A stretch of 64,000 nucleotides of DNA from an uncultured bacterium (GCA_963801165.1 CAWDDT010000009.1:480001-544000); one strand, 5' to 3'; positions 1-8,884 are shown, numbered from the stretch's first letter. Made by a program: numbers and translations. The notes: generated from the sequence alone by a model not told the origin.

Positions 1-776
1 TGGCGCATCGCCGCCACGGCATAGCCGGCGATTGCCTCGCGGATCCGGGGGGCCGCTACGTCGTAATCGACCCACAGTGGATCGCCGGTGTACTCAGCGA
101 TCTCGCCTTGCCATCCGGGAGCGGCCGCCAGGTCGACGAAGAGCTCGTTCCAGGCCCGGCGCGACGCCGGCGCATACGGTGAGGGCTGGTCGGCGAAGGT
201 GGCGACGAGCGGCAATGTCCCGATGACGGTTGCTCCTGTGACCAATGCCGTGTCGGCGAGCTGTCCGAGAAGCCCGATGTTGCCGACGCCGGTGTCGTCG
301 TGCTCGGTGCGGATCGAATAGACGGGGGCCATGAGCCCCAAGGCGCGCCGGGGGGCGTCGGGGGCGGCGGTTGGAGCAGCGATGACCATCGTCGAACCGG
401 GTGCGCCCGGAAGGTGAAGATGGTGGTAGCCGAGTGGAAGCTGCCTATCGATCGAAATCTGTCGCTCGTTGATTTGTACCGGGACTTCGTCGGCCTGTTC
501 GGTCACCAGGTGCGCCGATGAAACCGGTCGGCCCAGCGTCGTTTCCGGGAACCATCCGTCCCAGGCGACGACGACAGGCTCGACGACAGGGCGATGGTTG
601 CGCAGCTCGTGTGTCAGGGCGGCGATCGATCGAGCCGACTCGAGGTCGCGTCCGGTCAGCGCATGCAGCGTCGCCACCAGGTGCTCGCGAGCAACCTGAT
701 GCGGCTGCCCCCACACGTCGATCCACTCGGTGAGGACGCCGGCGAGCCCGGCCAGTTCGTGGATTGTGTCTTCGAT
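1..776 (-). CDS. malQ: 4-alpha-glucanotransferase (amylomaltase, GH77), 5' part; runs off window start
   Basis: Not in the ORF track. Open frame reads IEDTIHELAGLAGVLTEWIDVWGQPH...LPLGYHHL...LGLMAPVYSIRT..GVGNIG...PSPYAPASRRAWNELFVD, typical MalQ N-terminal motifs. In-frame TAA at 807-809; start uncertain (ATC at 776 or GTG at 716). Confidence 0.8.
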   Translation of the reverse strand, partial: MEDTIHELAGLAGVLTEWIDVWGQPHQVAREHLVATLHALTGRDLESARSIAALTHELRNHRPVVEPVVVAWDGWFPETTLGRPVSSAHLVTEQADEVPVQINERQISIDRQLPLGYHHLHLPGAPGSTMVIAAPTAAPDAPRRALGLMAPVYSIRTEHDDTGVGNIGLLGQLADTALVTGATVIGTLPLVATFADQPSPYAPASRRAWNELFVDLAAAPGWQGEIAEYTGDPLWVDYDVAAPRIREAIAGYAVAAMR

Positions 777-836
777 GGTGGCCCTTATCGACGCAGAGGT
801 TGCGCATTATGGCTCTTTGACGGCTGACGCCAAACG

Positions 837-858
837 TGTCATTCGTTTCTGAGACAAT
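837..858 (+). promoter_or_regulatory. Leaderless promoter with TGTC-N12-(-10) RecA-NDp/PafBC-like architecture
   Basis: TGTCAT-N10-GACAAT, then 6 nt, then the ATG of the SRAP gene. Confidence 0.4.
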
Positions 859-864
859 GCCGTC

Positions 865-1572
865 ATGTGCGGACGGTTTGTGCAATCTCATGACGCGGCT
901 TTCTATGCCGACGCGTTTCAGGTCGAGACGATGCGGACCGAGGGTATCCCCGCCTCATTCAATGTCGCCCCGACCGACAAGATCTATGCGGTCGCCGAGC
1001 ACGAGGGCAGGCGTCAGCTCGGGGTCTTCAACTGGGGTCTGATCCCGTTCTGGGCAAAGGACAGGACGATCGGTGCCCGTAACATCAACGCTCGCGTCGA
1101 GTCGGTTGCGGACAAACCCACCTATCGCGACTCTTTTGCCCGGCGACGGTGTCTGATCCCGGCCGACGGGTTCTACGAATGGCAAGCCCTGCCCAAGGGA
1201 AAGCTCCCCCATTACATCTACAGGCGGGACGACAAGCCGCTGGCTATGGCGGGTCTGTGGGCGAGCTGGAAGGACCCGGAGTCGGGTGAATGGGTGCGAT
1301 CGTGCACGATCATCACCGGCCGGCCCAATGCGATGGTCGCCGAGCTGCATGATCGGATGCCGGTGATCCTCCCCGAGGCTGCGTGGAGTGTCTGGCTCGA
1401 TCGGGGCATTGCCGACCGAAACCTCCTGGAAGGTTTGCTCGGAGTGTTCCCCGAGGAAGAGATGGGTGAGCACCCGGTCGCTACCTTGGTGAACAAGGTC
1501 GCGAACAACTACCCGGAATGCATCGAGCCGCTCGATACGGCCGCCGTCGAGCAATTGCGACTGGGAGGTTGA
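865..1572 (+). CDS. SOS response-associated peptidase (SRAP/YedK/HMCES), abasic-site protection
   Basis: N-terminal MCGRF, FNVAPT, WGLIPFW, INARVE, RRCLIPADGFYEW, HDRMPVIL. Confidence 0.95.
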   Translation: MCGRFVQSHDAAFYADAFQVETMRTEGIPASFNVAPTDKIYAVAEHEGRRQLGVFNWGLIPFWAKDRTIGARNINARVESVADKPTYRDSFARRRCLIPADGFYEWQALPKGKLPHYIYRRDDKPLAMAGLWASWKDPESGEWVRSCTIITGRPNAMVAELHDRMPVILPEAAWSVWLDRGIADRNLLEGLLGVFPEEEMGEHPVATLVNKVANNYPECIEPLDTAAVEQLRLGG

Positions 1573-1638
1573 CACCGACTTGATGTCGGGTCGGCCGTCG
1601 GCGAGATTGCAGTTCCCACGACCCGATGAGGCGAATCG

Positions 1639-2085
1639 ATGCCCGACCAGATACCCCCAGACTTCGAGACCGCTCCCGTCGCGGAGCCGCGGGTGATGTC
1701 GAGCCGCCTCGGCCGTGTGGTTTTCACCGCTCTCGGTTTCCTGTGTCTCGGGCTCGGCATCGCGGGCTATGTGCTGCCGGTGCTCCCGGGAACGGTGTTC
1801 ATCCTGCTCGCCGTGTGGTTCTTCTTCCAGTCGAACGCGAGGATGTATCACTGGGTGTTGAACCATCCCCGTCTCGGACCGACGGTGCGCGCATATCGAG
1901 CCGGCTATGGAATTCGACGACGGATCAAGGTCATCGCGATCACGATGCTTGTGGGCAGCGTCGCGTTCTCCGTCGTCTTTGCAATCGAGAGTATGGGGAT
2001 GCGTGTGTCCCTCATCGCGCTCGGAGCAATCGGGGTCGCGTTCATCCTGACGCGGCCCACCACCGAACGGGTGATGGCCGGCTAG
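1639..2085 (+). CDS. YbaN/DUF454 family inner membrane protein
   Basis: GIAGYVLPVLPGTVFILLA...WVLNHPRLGP pattern, hydrophobic helices. Confidence 0.85.
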   Translation: MPDQIPPDFETAPVAEPRVMSSRLGRVVFTALGFLCLGLGIAGYVLPVLPGTVFILLAVWFFFQSNARMYHWVLNHPRLGPTVRAYRAGYGIRRRIKVIAITMLVGSVAFSVVFAIESMGMRVSLIALGAIGVAFILTRPTTERVMAG

Positions 2086-2088
2086 TTG

Positions 2089-2997
2089 TCAGTTGTCAGT
2101 CGTCTCTTCACCCTCGAGCCGTCTTTTGATGCCGCCGCCCCGCCGTTCATAGATCGTGGGTCTGGGGTTGACCGCATAGTGAGCCAGATCAGCAGATTCG
2201 TCGTTCGTCTCGTCTGCGTTGCCGGTGAGGTCGATTGTCATTCCTGGCCCGGTGAGCCGCACGACCTCGGGCTCGCGCTCTTCTGCGGCGTCGGTGAGCT
2301 CTGTGGTCTCGAGATCGATCATCGACGCCATGATCTCGGTCTGTCCCAGAGTCGACTCGGCGAGATTGCGGAACTGGTCCTCGACCCCGGCGATGGCGGT
2401 GCGCAGCTGCGCGAGGCGTTGCTCGAGCTCGGTGTGCTCCCGCCGCGCTCTGCCCAGGATCGAGCCCGCCTCGTGACGTGCGTTCTCGATTAGCTCCTCC
2501 GAAGACAGCTCGGCAGTGCGGATCAGGGACTCGGCCTCGGCACGCTTGTTGGAATGGAAGTCGTTGATCTCACGCAAGGCGCGAGCCCGAAGCGCCCTGA
2601 CCTCGGAGAGCGCCGACGTGATGAGAGCCTCGCTGCGCTCGTTCCGTCTGCGGACGAGGCCGGCGGAATCGGCGAGGGCGCTTTGCCGGATCTGGTCCGC
2701 GGCTTCTTTGGCACTTGTCACGATCTCGGCGGCCTGTTGCTTGGCCTCGCTGAGTTCGACGGTCGACATTTGCCAGGCCGCCTCACTGTCTGCGGTGAGT
2801 GCCTCGGCGTGCGCCCGGGCCAGGCGCGCCTTCTCCAGGTCGGTGATGGTGGCCCCGGTGGCTTCGCTGGTCTGCGCCTCGTACCTGCGCAAGGTGTCGG
2901 CGAGTCGCTTCATGACGGCATCGACCTCGGCCTTGTCGTAGCCGCGCCGATGCGCCACCAGAAAATGGTGACCCTCAATGAACGCTGAGCGAATCAT
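2089..2997 (-). CDS. DivIVA-domain coiled-coil protein
   Basis: RRGYDKAEVDAVM motif followed by a long Ala/Glu coiled coil; AGGAGG RBS before the ATG at 2997 (ORF-track start is too far upstream). Confidence 0.8.
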   Translation of the reverse strand: MIRSAFIEGHHFLVAHRRGYDKAEVDAVMKRLADTLRRYEAQTSEATGATITDLEKARLARAHAEALTADSEAAWQMSTVELSEAKQQAAEIVTSAKEAADQIRQSALADSAGLVRRRNERSEALITSALSEVRALRARALREINDFHSNKRAEAESLIRTAELSSEELIENARHEAGSILGRARREHTELEQRLAQLRTAIAGVEDQFRNLAESTLGQTEIMASMIDLETTELTDAAEEREPEVVRLTGPGMTIDLTGNADETNDESADLAHYAVNPRPTIYERRGGGIKRRLEGEETTDN

Positions 2998-3166
2998 TGC
3001 GCTGTTCCTCCTGGGTCTCCACCCGTCCGGCATCACTGCCTTACCCGAAGAACCGTCGCCGACGCTCGCGCAGTATCCCAGAGCGCGAAATATCAAGCAA
3101 GCACTTCCCGGGAGGTGACCCAGGCCGCTTGCCTGTGCACCCGGTGCCTCATAGCCTGTAGCTGCC

Positions 3167-3376
3167 ATGGAGAGGATCACCGTCGACATCGAGAAGGAGT
3201 GGCTGTCGGTCGCCGACATCTGCCGGTATATGGACGTCTCTCCCTACGTGGTGACGAGTCAGCTGCGGTCCGGTGACTTACCTGCGGTCAAGTTCGGCCG
3301 TCAGTGGCGTATCGCCCGCGAGGACTTCGAGCTGTGGTTGAACGAGCGGCGCATGGCGGGAGGGCAGGAGCGATGA
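3167..3376 (+). CDS. Small HTH_17 (excisionase/BldC-like) DNA-binding protein
   Basis: WLSVADICRYMDVS...LRSGDLPAVKFGRQWRI; ATGA overlap with clpS. Confidence 0.85.
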   Translation: MERITVDIEKEWLSVADICRYMDVSPYVVTSQLRSGDLPAVKFGRQWRIAREDFELWLNERRMAGGQER

Positions 3377-3660
3377 CCACCGCACCGATCGAGGTCGATC
3401 GGCCGGCGGGCTCCGACGATATCGCCTACAGCCCGACCTGGGACGTCGTTGTTTGGAACGACCCGGTGAATCTGATGGTCTATGTCGTCTGGGTGTTCCG
3501 AACCCTCTTTGGATACCCTGAGGCGCAGGCGACTCGTCTCATGCTGCAGGTCCACAACGAAGGACGGGCGGTTGTTGACTCCGGCCCTCGCGAGCAGGCG
3601 GAGATGAGCGCGTTCCGGCTCCACCACCACGGCTTGTGGGCGACGTTGGAGAAGAGATGA
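3373..3660 (+). CDS. clpS: ATP-dependent Clp protease adaptor ClpS
   Basis: WDVVVWNDPVNLMVYV...LMLQVHNEGRAVV..GLWATL. Confidence 0.95.
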   Translation: MTTAPIEVDRPAGSDDIAYSPTWDVVVWNDPVNLMVYVVWVFRTLFGYPEAQATRLMLQVHNEGRAVVDSGPREQAEMSAFRLHHHGLWATLEKR

Positions 3661-4133
3661 GCCGGTTCTCCGTAGTACCCTGCGGTATCGAGGTGTCGCT
3701 GATCGGGCCCGAGATAGCGGTGCTCTACCAGCTGGGTAGCCTGCTCGGGGCGGCCGGGGTCGATAGGAATGATCCTGCCCGGGCCCGGCTGATTCCGCAG
3801 ATCTATCCCGACGACGAGCGGGCGTCGCGGGACTTCGATCGGTTTGGCGAGAAGGAGCGGGTCGAGGTCCGCTCTGTCGATCGTGAGATCTTCAACGAGG
3901 GGCTCGACAACGCAGTCGGCGGACCCATGGTGCTAACCGACGAGGAAGCGGCCGCATGGGCGCGAGTACTCGGCGAGGCGAGGATCGTTCTCGGCGCCCG
4001 CAAGGGTCTCTTCGAGAACGGGCTGCCGGAGCAAGCGGGGAGGGATCCGGAAGTGGCGCTCGTCACGTTTCTCGGCATGCTTCAGGAAGAGCTGGTTGGC
4101 GAGATGTTGACGAGGCTGGGGGAGGCAAAGTGA
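3657..4133 (+). CDS. DUF2017 family protein
   Basis: DPARARLIP..Y.DD...AAAWARVL..ARIVLG; usual neighbour of clpS in Actinobacteria. Confidence 0.75.
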   Translation: MSRFSVVPCGIEVSLIGPEIAVLYQLGSLLGAAGVDRNDPARARLIPQIYPDDERASRDFDRFGEKERVEVRSVDREIFNEGLDNAVGGPMVLTDEEAAAWARVLGEARIVLGARKGLFENGLPEQAGRDPEVALVTFLGMLQEELVGEMLTRLGEAK

Positions 4134-4621
4134 CCGATCGTCGCGACGAGTACGAGCCGGGCGAATCCGGGGAGCACCCGGCCCGGCCGACCGAGCACAG
4201 AAAGCCGCGGGATCCGGCGACCACCCTGACGACGGCGCTCGTCGTCTATATCTTCATCAACCTGGTACTCGCTCTGCCGCTGGTGATATTTCCGGTCACG
4301 TATTTCAAGGCGATCGGTCTCGATGGCGCGACGGCCGACTTACTCGGGGGGCTTCGTTGGGTGGGTGCCGTCCTGCTGGCGTGGTCGATCACCGCCATCG
4401 CGGTGATGGCGAGACCGGCAGGCCGCGGCGTGTTCGTCACCGCCGGGGCGACGCAGCTGACACTTGGGGCCGTAGGATTCCTGTACTCGCTCTCGGTCCA
4501 CGAATACCACTGGAGTGCCTGGTACCAGTGGCTGTGCACCATTGTCCTGACCGCGGGAGCGGTCTACATGTGGTGGGCCCGGCTGAGTGGGCGCAAGCTG
4601 CTGCGCGGTCCTGCGGAGTGA
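4130..4621 (+). CDS. Hypothetical membrane protein (about 4 TM)
   Basis: GGAGG RBS, GTGA overlap with the upstream gene, four hydrophobic segments. Confidence 0.7.
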   Translation: MTDRRDEYEPGESGEHPARPTEHRKPRDPATTLTTALVVYIFINLVLALPLVIFPVTYFKAIGLDGATADLLGGLRWVGAVLLAWSITAIAVMARPAGRGVFVTAGATQLTLGAVGFLYSLSVHEYHWSAWYQWLCTIVLTAGAVYMWWARLSGRKLLRGPAE

Positions 4622-4675
4622 CGGTTCTTCGCCCTCGCCGACTAGCGTTGAGAACCGATAGACGGAGGAACGTTT

Positions 4676-5269
4676 GTGAAGGTTGCTGCGCTGGTCCTCG
4701 CCGCTGACTCCGGCACAGGTTTCACGCGGTCCAAGTATCTCGCACCGTTCCGGAACTCGACGCTGATCGAAGAGGTCGTTGCCGAGGTCCACCAGTGGCC
4801 TGTCGATCTGGTCATCGTTGTGCTCGGGCCCGATGCCGAAGAGATAGTCGAGAAGGCAGACCTGGGCGATGCGATGATCGTCATCGATCTCGAGTGGGGT
4901 GAAGGGGAGGCCGCCTCCCTCCGCGTTGGCATCGACACTCTCTACCGGCTCGACGAGTTCGAAGCCCTGGTCCTCATTCACGCAGATGAGCCGGGATCCC
5001 GGGGTGAGGAGGTGCTCCGTCTGCTCAACAAGCACGCTGAGTCTCCTCGCGAGGCGGTGGTGCCCAAGTACCGGTATGCGGTTGGTCATCCGGTTGTCGT
5101 CGGCGAGATGCTGTGGGGCCGCCTCATCACCATGGAGGGGAGCGCAAAGGTCGACCAGCTCTTGCAGGCTCACGCGGATTGGGTGGATGAGGTCTGGTTC
5201 GACCGACTTCCGGGACGCCGGGTGCTCACACCCGACGACCTGCTCGACATCCAGTCGGTTCGTCACTGA
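4676..5269 (+). CDS. MobA/MocA-like nucleotidyltransferase family protein
   Basis: VAALVLAA..G.GF...K.L, W.EG.AASLRVG, GHPVV; GGAGG RBS. Confidence 0.8.
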   Translation: MKVAALVLAADSGTGFTRSKYLAPFRNSTLIEEVVAEVHQWPVDLVIVVLGPDAEEIVEKADLGDAMIVIDLEWGEGEAASLRVGIDTLYRLDEFEALVLIHADEPGSRGEEVLRLLNKHAESPREAVVPKYRYAVGHPVVVGEMLWGRLITMEGSAKVDQLLQAHADWVDEVWFDRLPGRRVLTPDDLLDIQSVRH

Positions 5270-5393
5270 GACACCACCCGGTTGCCCTCCAAGCCGTCTG
5301 GCATTTCGGATGGGGACGTCGGTATTCTCTGAACCGTGTGATCGGAAAGGCAGGGGCTCGACGCACTTGGAAAGATGATCGGGAAGGACGGGT

Positions 5394-5798
5394 ATGGCGT
5401 CGATCGATACGATCGAGGGGATCGGTCACAAGCAGGCAACGAGCCTCCGCAAAGCGAGGATTCGCACCGTCGAATCACTTCTCAAGAAGGGAGCGACACG
5501 CCGGGGCAGGCGCGAGGTCGCCGCGGCGACCGGAATCAGCGAGAAGCTCATCCTCGAGTGGGTGAACCGCGCCGACCTGATGCGTGTGCGAGGTGTTGGT
5601 GAGGAGTACTCCGACCTTCTCGAATCCGCCGGTGTCGATACCATCAAAGAGTTGCGTCGCCGCAATGCCGCAAACCTGCTGGCAGCCATGGTCGAGATCA
5701 ACGATAAGAAGTCACTCGTCAGGCGTTTGCCGACCACAGCAATGGTTGAGCGCTGGGTGGAGCATGCGGTGGAACTCGACCCCATCGTCGAGCACTAG
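5394..5798 (+). CDS. DUF4332 domain protein (HhH-like)
   Basis: IEGIG...L.KA.I.T...WVNRADLMRVRGVGEEYSDLLESAGVDT..EL..RN. Confidence 0.85.
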   Translation: MASIDTIEGIGHKQATSLRKARIRTVESLLKKGATRRGRREVAAATGISEKLILEWVNRADLMRVRGVGEEYSDLLESAGVDTIKELRRRNAANLLAAMVEINDKKSLVRRLPTTAMVERWVEHAVELDPIVEH

Positions 5799-5852
5799 GC
5801 ACGGTTTCCGGCGAGGTGCTCGGCATCCTCTTCCGGAGAGAGAGGGAACGAT

Positions 5853-5883
5853 GAAGCCCCCGGCATTGGACGCCGGGGGCTTC
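5853..5883. terminator. Intrinsic terminator hairpin between convergent genes
   Basis: GAAGCCCCCGGC-attggac-GCCGGGGGCTTC, perfect 12-bp stem. Confidence 0.8.
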
Positions 5884-5980
5884 TTGGTTGACTGAGAAGG
5901 CGAAGCAGGGAGGGAGGGAGAGCTTCGACGACGTTGAGGTCGCTTCTTCCCAGCCAGGTCTAGGTTGGCCGGGGGTGTTG

Positions 5981-6409
5981 CTACTTGGCGGCAGCGGTCT
6001 TCTTGGCAGCAGGTGCCTTCTTGGCCGGAGCCTTCTTGGCCGGTGCCTTCTTGGCGGCGGAGGCCTTGGCTGCCGGGGCCTTCTTCGGCTCCTCGGTCTT
6101 CTTCTCCGTCTCGGGGGCGAAGGACTCGCGCCAGTTGTTGAGCGTAGTCTCGAGCTGGTCACGCAGCTGCTCGACGCGGCCCTGGACCTTGTCGATGTTT
6201 ATCCGCTGCTCGAGCTCTTCGACCACGTTGCGCTCCTGGAGCTGCGTGGTGACCTTCTTGCCTTCGGCTGCGTACGCGTCGATCTGCGTCTGGGCATCGG
6301 CCATCATCTTGGTGCCGAGTTCCTTCACCTTGCGAGCCACCACGACGGGTGCTCCCACGGCGACGTATGCCGACTTCTTGACGACCTCTTTGGATGTCTT
6401 GAGTTCCAT
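5981..6409 (-). CDS. HbhA/TadA-like protein with Lys/Ala/Pro-rich C-terminal tail
   Basis: AYVAVGA N-terminus, coiled coil, repeated AKKAP tail; directly downstream of an XRE gene as in mycobacterial Rv0474-hbhA. Confidence 0.7.
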   Translation of the reverse strand: MELKTSKEVVKKSAYVAVGAPVVVARKVKELGTKMMADAQTQIDAYAAEGKKVTTQLQERNVVEELEQRINIDKVQGRVEQLRDQLETTLNNWRESFAPETEKKTEEPKKAPAAKASAAKKAPAKKAPAKKAPAAKKTAAAK

Positions 6410-6411
6410 TG

Positions 6412-6753
6412 TTACTCCTCTGTCGCGCCGCTGACGAAGCTGTTGTAGATCTCCAGCAGCGCATTCTTCTGTGTCTTGGTGAGCGTCTCGTCCGCGCTTA
6501 TCGCGTCCGGGACGTCTCGCCTCTTTCCGACTTCATCGAGCAGACCGGCCCGCTCGTACAGCGTCTCGGCCGAGATCGACAGCGCCCTGGCGAGCGACTT
6601 GAGGATCTCCGCCGACGGCTTCCTGAGCCCGCGCTCGATCTGGCTGAGATACGGGTTGGAGATACCGGCGGCCTCCGCCAGCTTGCGTAGCGACATGGCG
6701 CTTCGCTCGCGTTGGTGACGGATGTATTCGCCGACGTTGCCCATCTGCTTCAT
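6412..6753 (-). CDS. XRE-family HTH regulator (Rv0474-like)
   Basis: SLRKLAEAAGISNPYLSQIERGLRKPSAEIL...SAETLYERAG; -10 TATCGT 7 nt before the ATG. Confidence 0.9.
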   Translation of the reverse strand: MKQMGNVGEYIRHQRERSAMSLRKLAEAAGISNPYLSQIERGLRKPSAEILKSLARALSISAETLYERAGLLDEVGKRRDVPDAISADETLTKTQKNALLEIYNSFVSGATEE

Positions 6754-6774
6754 TGTTAGCACGATAACGCAAAG

Positions 6775-6792
6775 TGCTAGCAATTGCAAGCA
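6775..6792. promoter_or_regulatory. Palindromic operator upstream of the XRE gene
   Basis: TGCTAGCAATTGCAAGCA, near-perfect palindrome in the promoter region. Confidence 0.55.
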
Positions 6793-6794
6793 GT

Positions 6795-7940
6795 CTATAT
6801 GGCCGACCCCCGCTGCGCCAGCAGCTCGTATAGGTTCTGCTGGATGGCCTCTCTGATCTCCTGGGTCCGCTCCAGCATCTCGAGCGGGTCAGGATCGGAT
6901 CCCGAGTGCGACGGCATGATCGGGTCGAGAAACCGGATCCGCCACCGGATTGGCAGGGGGATCAGGTTCAGGTATACGGCCATCTCATCGACGCGCTGTG
7001 ACGGCCAGATGAGCCGCACCACCCGGGCGAGGATCTCTGAGGAGAAGACCGCTGGGTGGACCTCGTCGGAGCCCACGATCGCCACCGGAACGACAGGTGC
7101 CCCGTGCCGCTCAGCGATGGTGATGAAGCCGCCGCGACCGAAACGCTGGACGTGGTAAGCCTGCGAGAAGGGTTTCTGGAACGCACGCACGCCTTCGGGG
7201 AAGACGCCGACCATCTTTCCGGTGCGCAGCAGGTAGTCGGCATCGCCCCGCGAGGCGTAGACGCCGCCGACCTTGCGGTAGAGGTGGGAGAGGGTCGGTG
7301 TTGCGTTGAACACCTCGGTGGCCATGATCCGGGGGCGGCGCGGAGCGGCCATCTCGTTGGTGACCGCCAGGGTCAGCATGGCCGCGTCGTAGGGCAGGGC
7401 GGCGCCGCCGTGGTTGGCGACCAGGAGCACAGGCCCCGAGTCGGGGATGTTGGCGACACCCTCGACCTCGACCCGGAAGTACTCGAAGTAGAGGTAGTTG
7501 AGCACGTGCCACACCATCTCGGCAACGATGGGGTCGAGCCCGATCGGGTCGACGTTGTATGTGGCGAGCCATAGCTGGCGGAGCACCGTCGGCCAGGTGT
7601 CGAACCCGAGCCGCCCCGTGGCCGGTATCGCCAGGTCGGAGTCTCCGAGACCGCCGTGCAGGGAGCACCGGTCCCGAGAGCGGATAACGGGAAGCCCGCA
7701 CGGACGACCCTCGGCCCCGCGCCAGTTGCAGGAGATCGAGTGATCTACGAACGAGTTGAGCCGGGCATTGAGCAGGTTCCGCCGCTGCTGCGGCGTAGCG
7801 CTTGCGGCGGCCGCTTGCGGTGGTGGGATGCTGCTCAGGCCGGCCACGAGCTCCTGTTTGGTCATCCGGCTGCGGCCGGAAAGGTTGCGTCTGCGGGCCA
7901 TCTCGAGGAGCTGCTTCTTGCTCAGGTCGTCGAGATTCAT
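6795..7940 (-). CDS. Lysophospholipid acyltransferase with N-terminal Rho_N-like and Cys/His domains
   Basis: LLVANHGG..PYD, FPEG, FGRGGF, PVAIVG; N-terminal LSKKQLLEMARRRNLSGRSRMTKQEL. Confidence 0.85.
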   Translation of the reverse strand: MNLDDLSKKQLLEMARRRNLSGRSRMTKQELVAGLSSIPPPQAAAASATPQQRRNLLNARLNSFVDHSISCNWRGAEGRPCGLPVIRSRDRCSLHGGLGDSDLAIPATGRLGFDTWPTVLRQLWLATYNVDPIGLDPIVAEMVWHVLNYLYFEYFRVEVEGVANIPDSGPVLLVANHGGAALPYDAAMLTLAVTNEMAAPRRPRIMATEVFNATPTLSHLYRKVGGVYASRGDADYLLRTGKMVGVFPEGVRAFQKPFSQAYHVQRFGRGGFITIAERHGAPVVPVAIVGSDEVHPAVFSSEILARVVRLIWPSQRVDEMAVYLNLIPLPIRWRIRFLDPIMPSHSGSDPDPLEMLERTQEIREAIQQNLYELLAQRGSAI

Positions 7941-8884
7941 CGCAGGCCAGACGGAGCCAGCGAGCGGCGGAAACCGTTCGTGATCGCTACCCGGATGGCA
8001 TCGTTCGGCTGGAAGCCGAGCACCTCGGTCATCCGGGTCGTGTCGGCCACGAGCCCGTATTGAACGAGATGCTTGATGTGCTCGGGAAGATAGATGTTGG
8101 CCCGCCTCATCCCCTTGATAGCGATGTCGTAGGCACGGGACGGGAGCGGCTGTGGTGCCCGTCTCCCGAGCCGGAGGATGCGCGAGAGGTAGAGCTGGCC
8201 GGGGGCGGCAATGTTGAAGGCTCCCGGCTCGGGGTGGTCGATGGCATGCTCGATTGCCCGCACCGCGTCGTGACCCGAGAGGAGCTGTAGGCGGGGGTCG
8301 TAGCCAAGACGGGTCGGGACGACGGGTAGTCGCAGATACCGGCTGACGGGGTTGTCGACATCGACGCCGAAGATCGGGGCGAAACGAAGGATTGTGAATA
8401 CCGCATCGCCGCGCACCGCTGCTGCGTCTGCCGTGTAGCCCTCGACCTGCTCCAGATCCCGGCCGTAGCGACCGCGCTTCCCGGCAAAGGCCGTGTCCTC
8501 GGTGACTACCGAAGGGCAGCGAGGCCCCATGCCGTAGATGCAGAGATCGGACTTGACCACAACTTGCTTGATGGATCGGCAGCGGCGGATGGCGCCGAAT
8601 AGAGCCTGGGAGCCGACAACGGCCTCGTCGTGGGCGCGCCGACCCCCGAGCATCGCCGAGCGGTCAACAGTTTGCAGGTGAACCAGTGCGTCGGGTGCGG
8701 CGTCGATGACGAAGTGGGCGAACTCCGCGTTGTCCAGCTCGAAGATCCGTACCTCGGTGTTGAGCGGCACCGGCGCCGGGATCTCGTCGACCGCGATGAC
8801 GGCGACGTCGGGTATGCGCTCGAGTCGCTCGATGAGATGACAGCCGGTCCAGGTTGCGGCACCGGTCACCAGGATTCGCCTCAT
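7937..8884 (-). CDS. NAD-dependent epimerase/dehydratase family protein
   Basis: RILVTGAATWTG, LRFAPIFG, LGYDPRLQ; ATGA overlap with the acyltransferase. Confidence 0.85.
   Translation of the reverse strand: MRRILVTGAATWTGCHLIERLERIPDVAVIAVDEIPAPVPLNTEVRIFELDNAEFAHFVIDAAPDALVHLQTVDRSAMLGGRRAHDEAVVGSQALFGAIRRCRSIKQVVVKSDLCIYGMGPRCPSVVTEDTAFAGKRGRYGRDLEQVEGYTADAAAVRGDAVFTILRFAPIFGVDVDNPVSRYLRLPVVPTRLGYDPRLQLLSGHDAVRAIEHAIDHPEPGAFNIAAPGQLYLSRILRLGRRAPQPLPSRAYDIAIKGMRRANIYLPEHIKHLVQYGLVADTTRMTEVLGFQPNDAIRVAITNGFRRSLAPSGLR

Noticed and set aside
3167-3376. Prophage/ICE excisionase marking a mobile element
   Set aside because: No integrase, att site or phage genes; the gene is translationally coupled to clpS.
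5270-5393. Riboswitch in the DUF4332 leader (GATCGGAAAGG / GATCGGGAAGG repeat)
   Set aside because: No recognisable aptamer; a short purine-rich repeat is plausibly chance or RBS-related.
5985-6080. GC(C)TTCTT repeats as a DNA repeat element
   Set aside because: Explained by the AKKAP peptide repeats of the HbhA-like protein.
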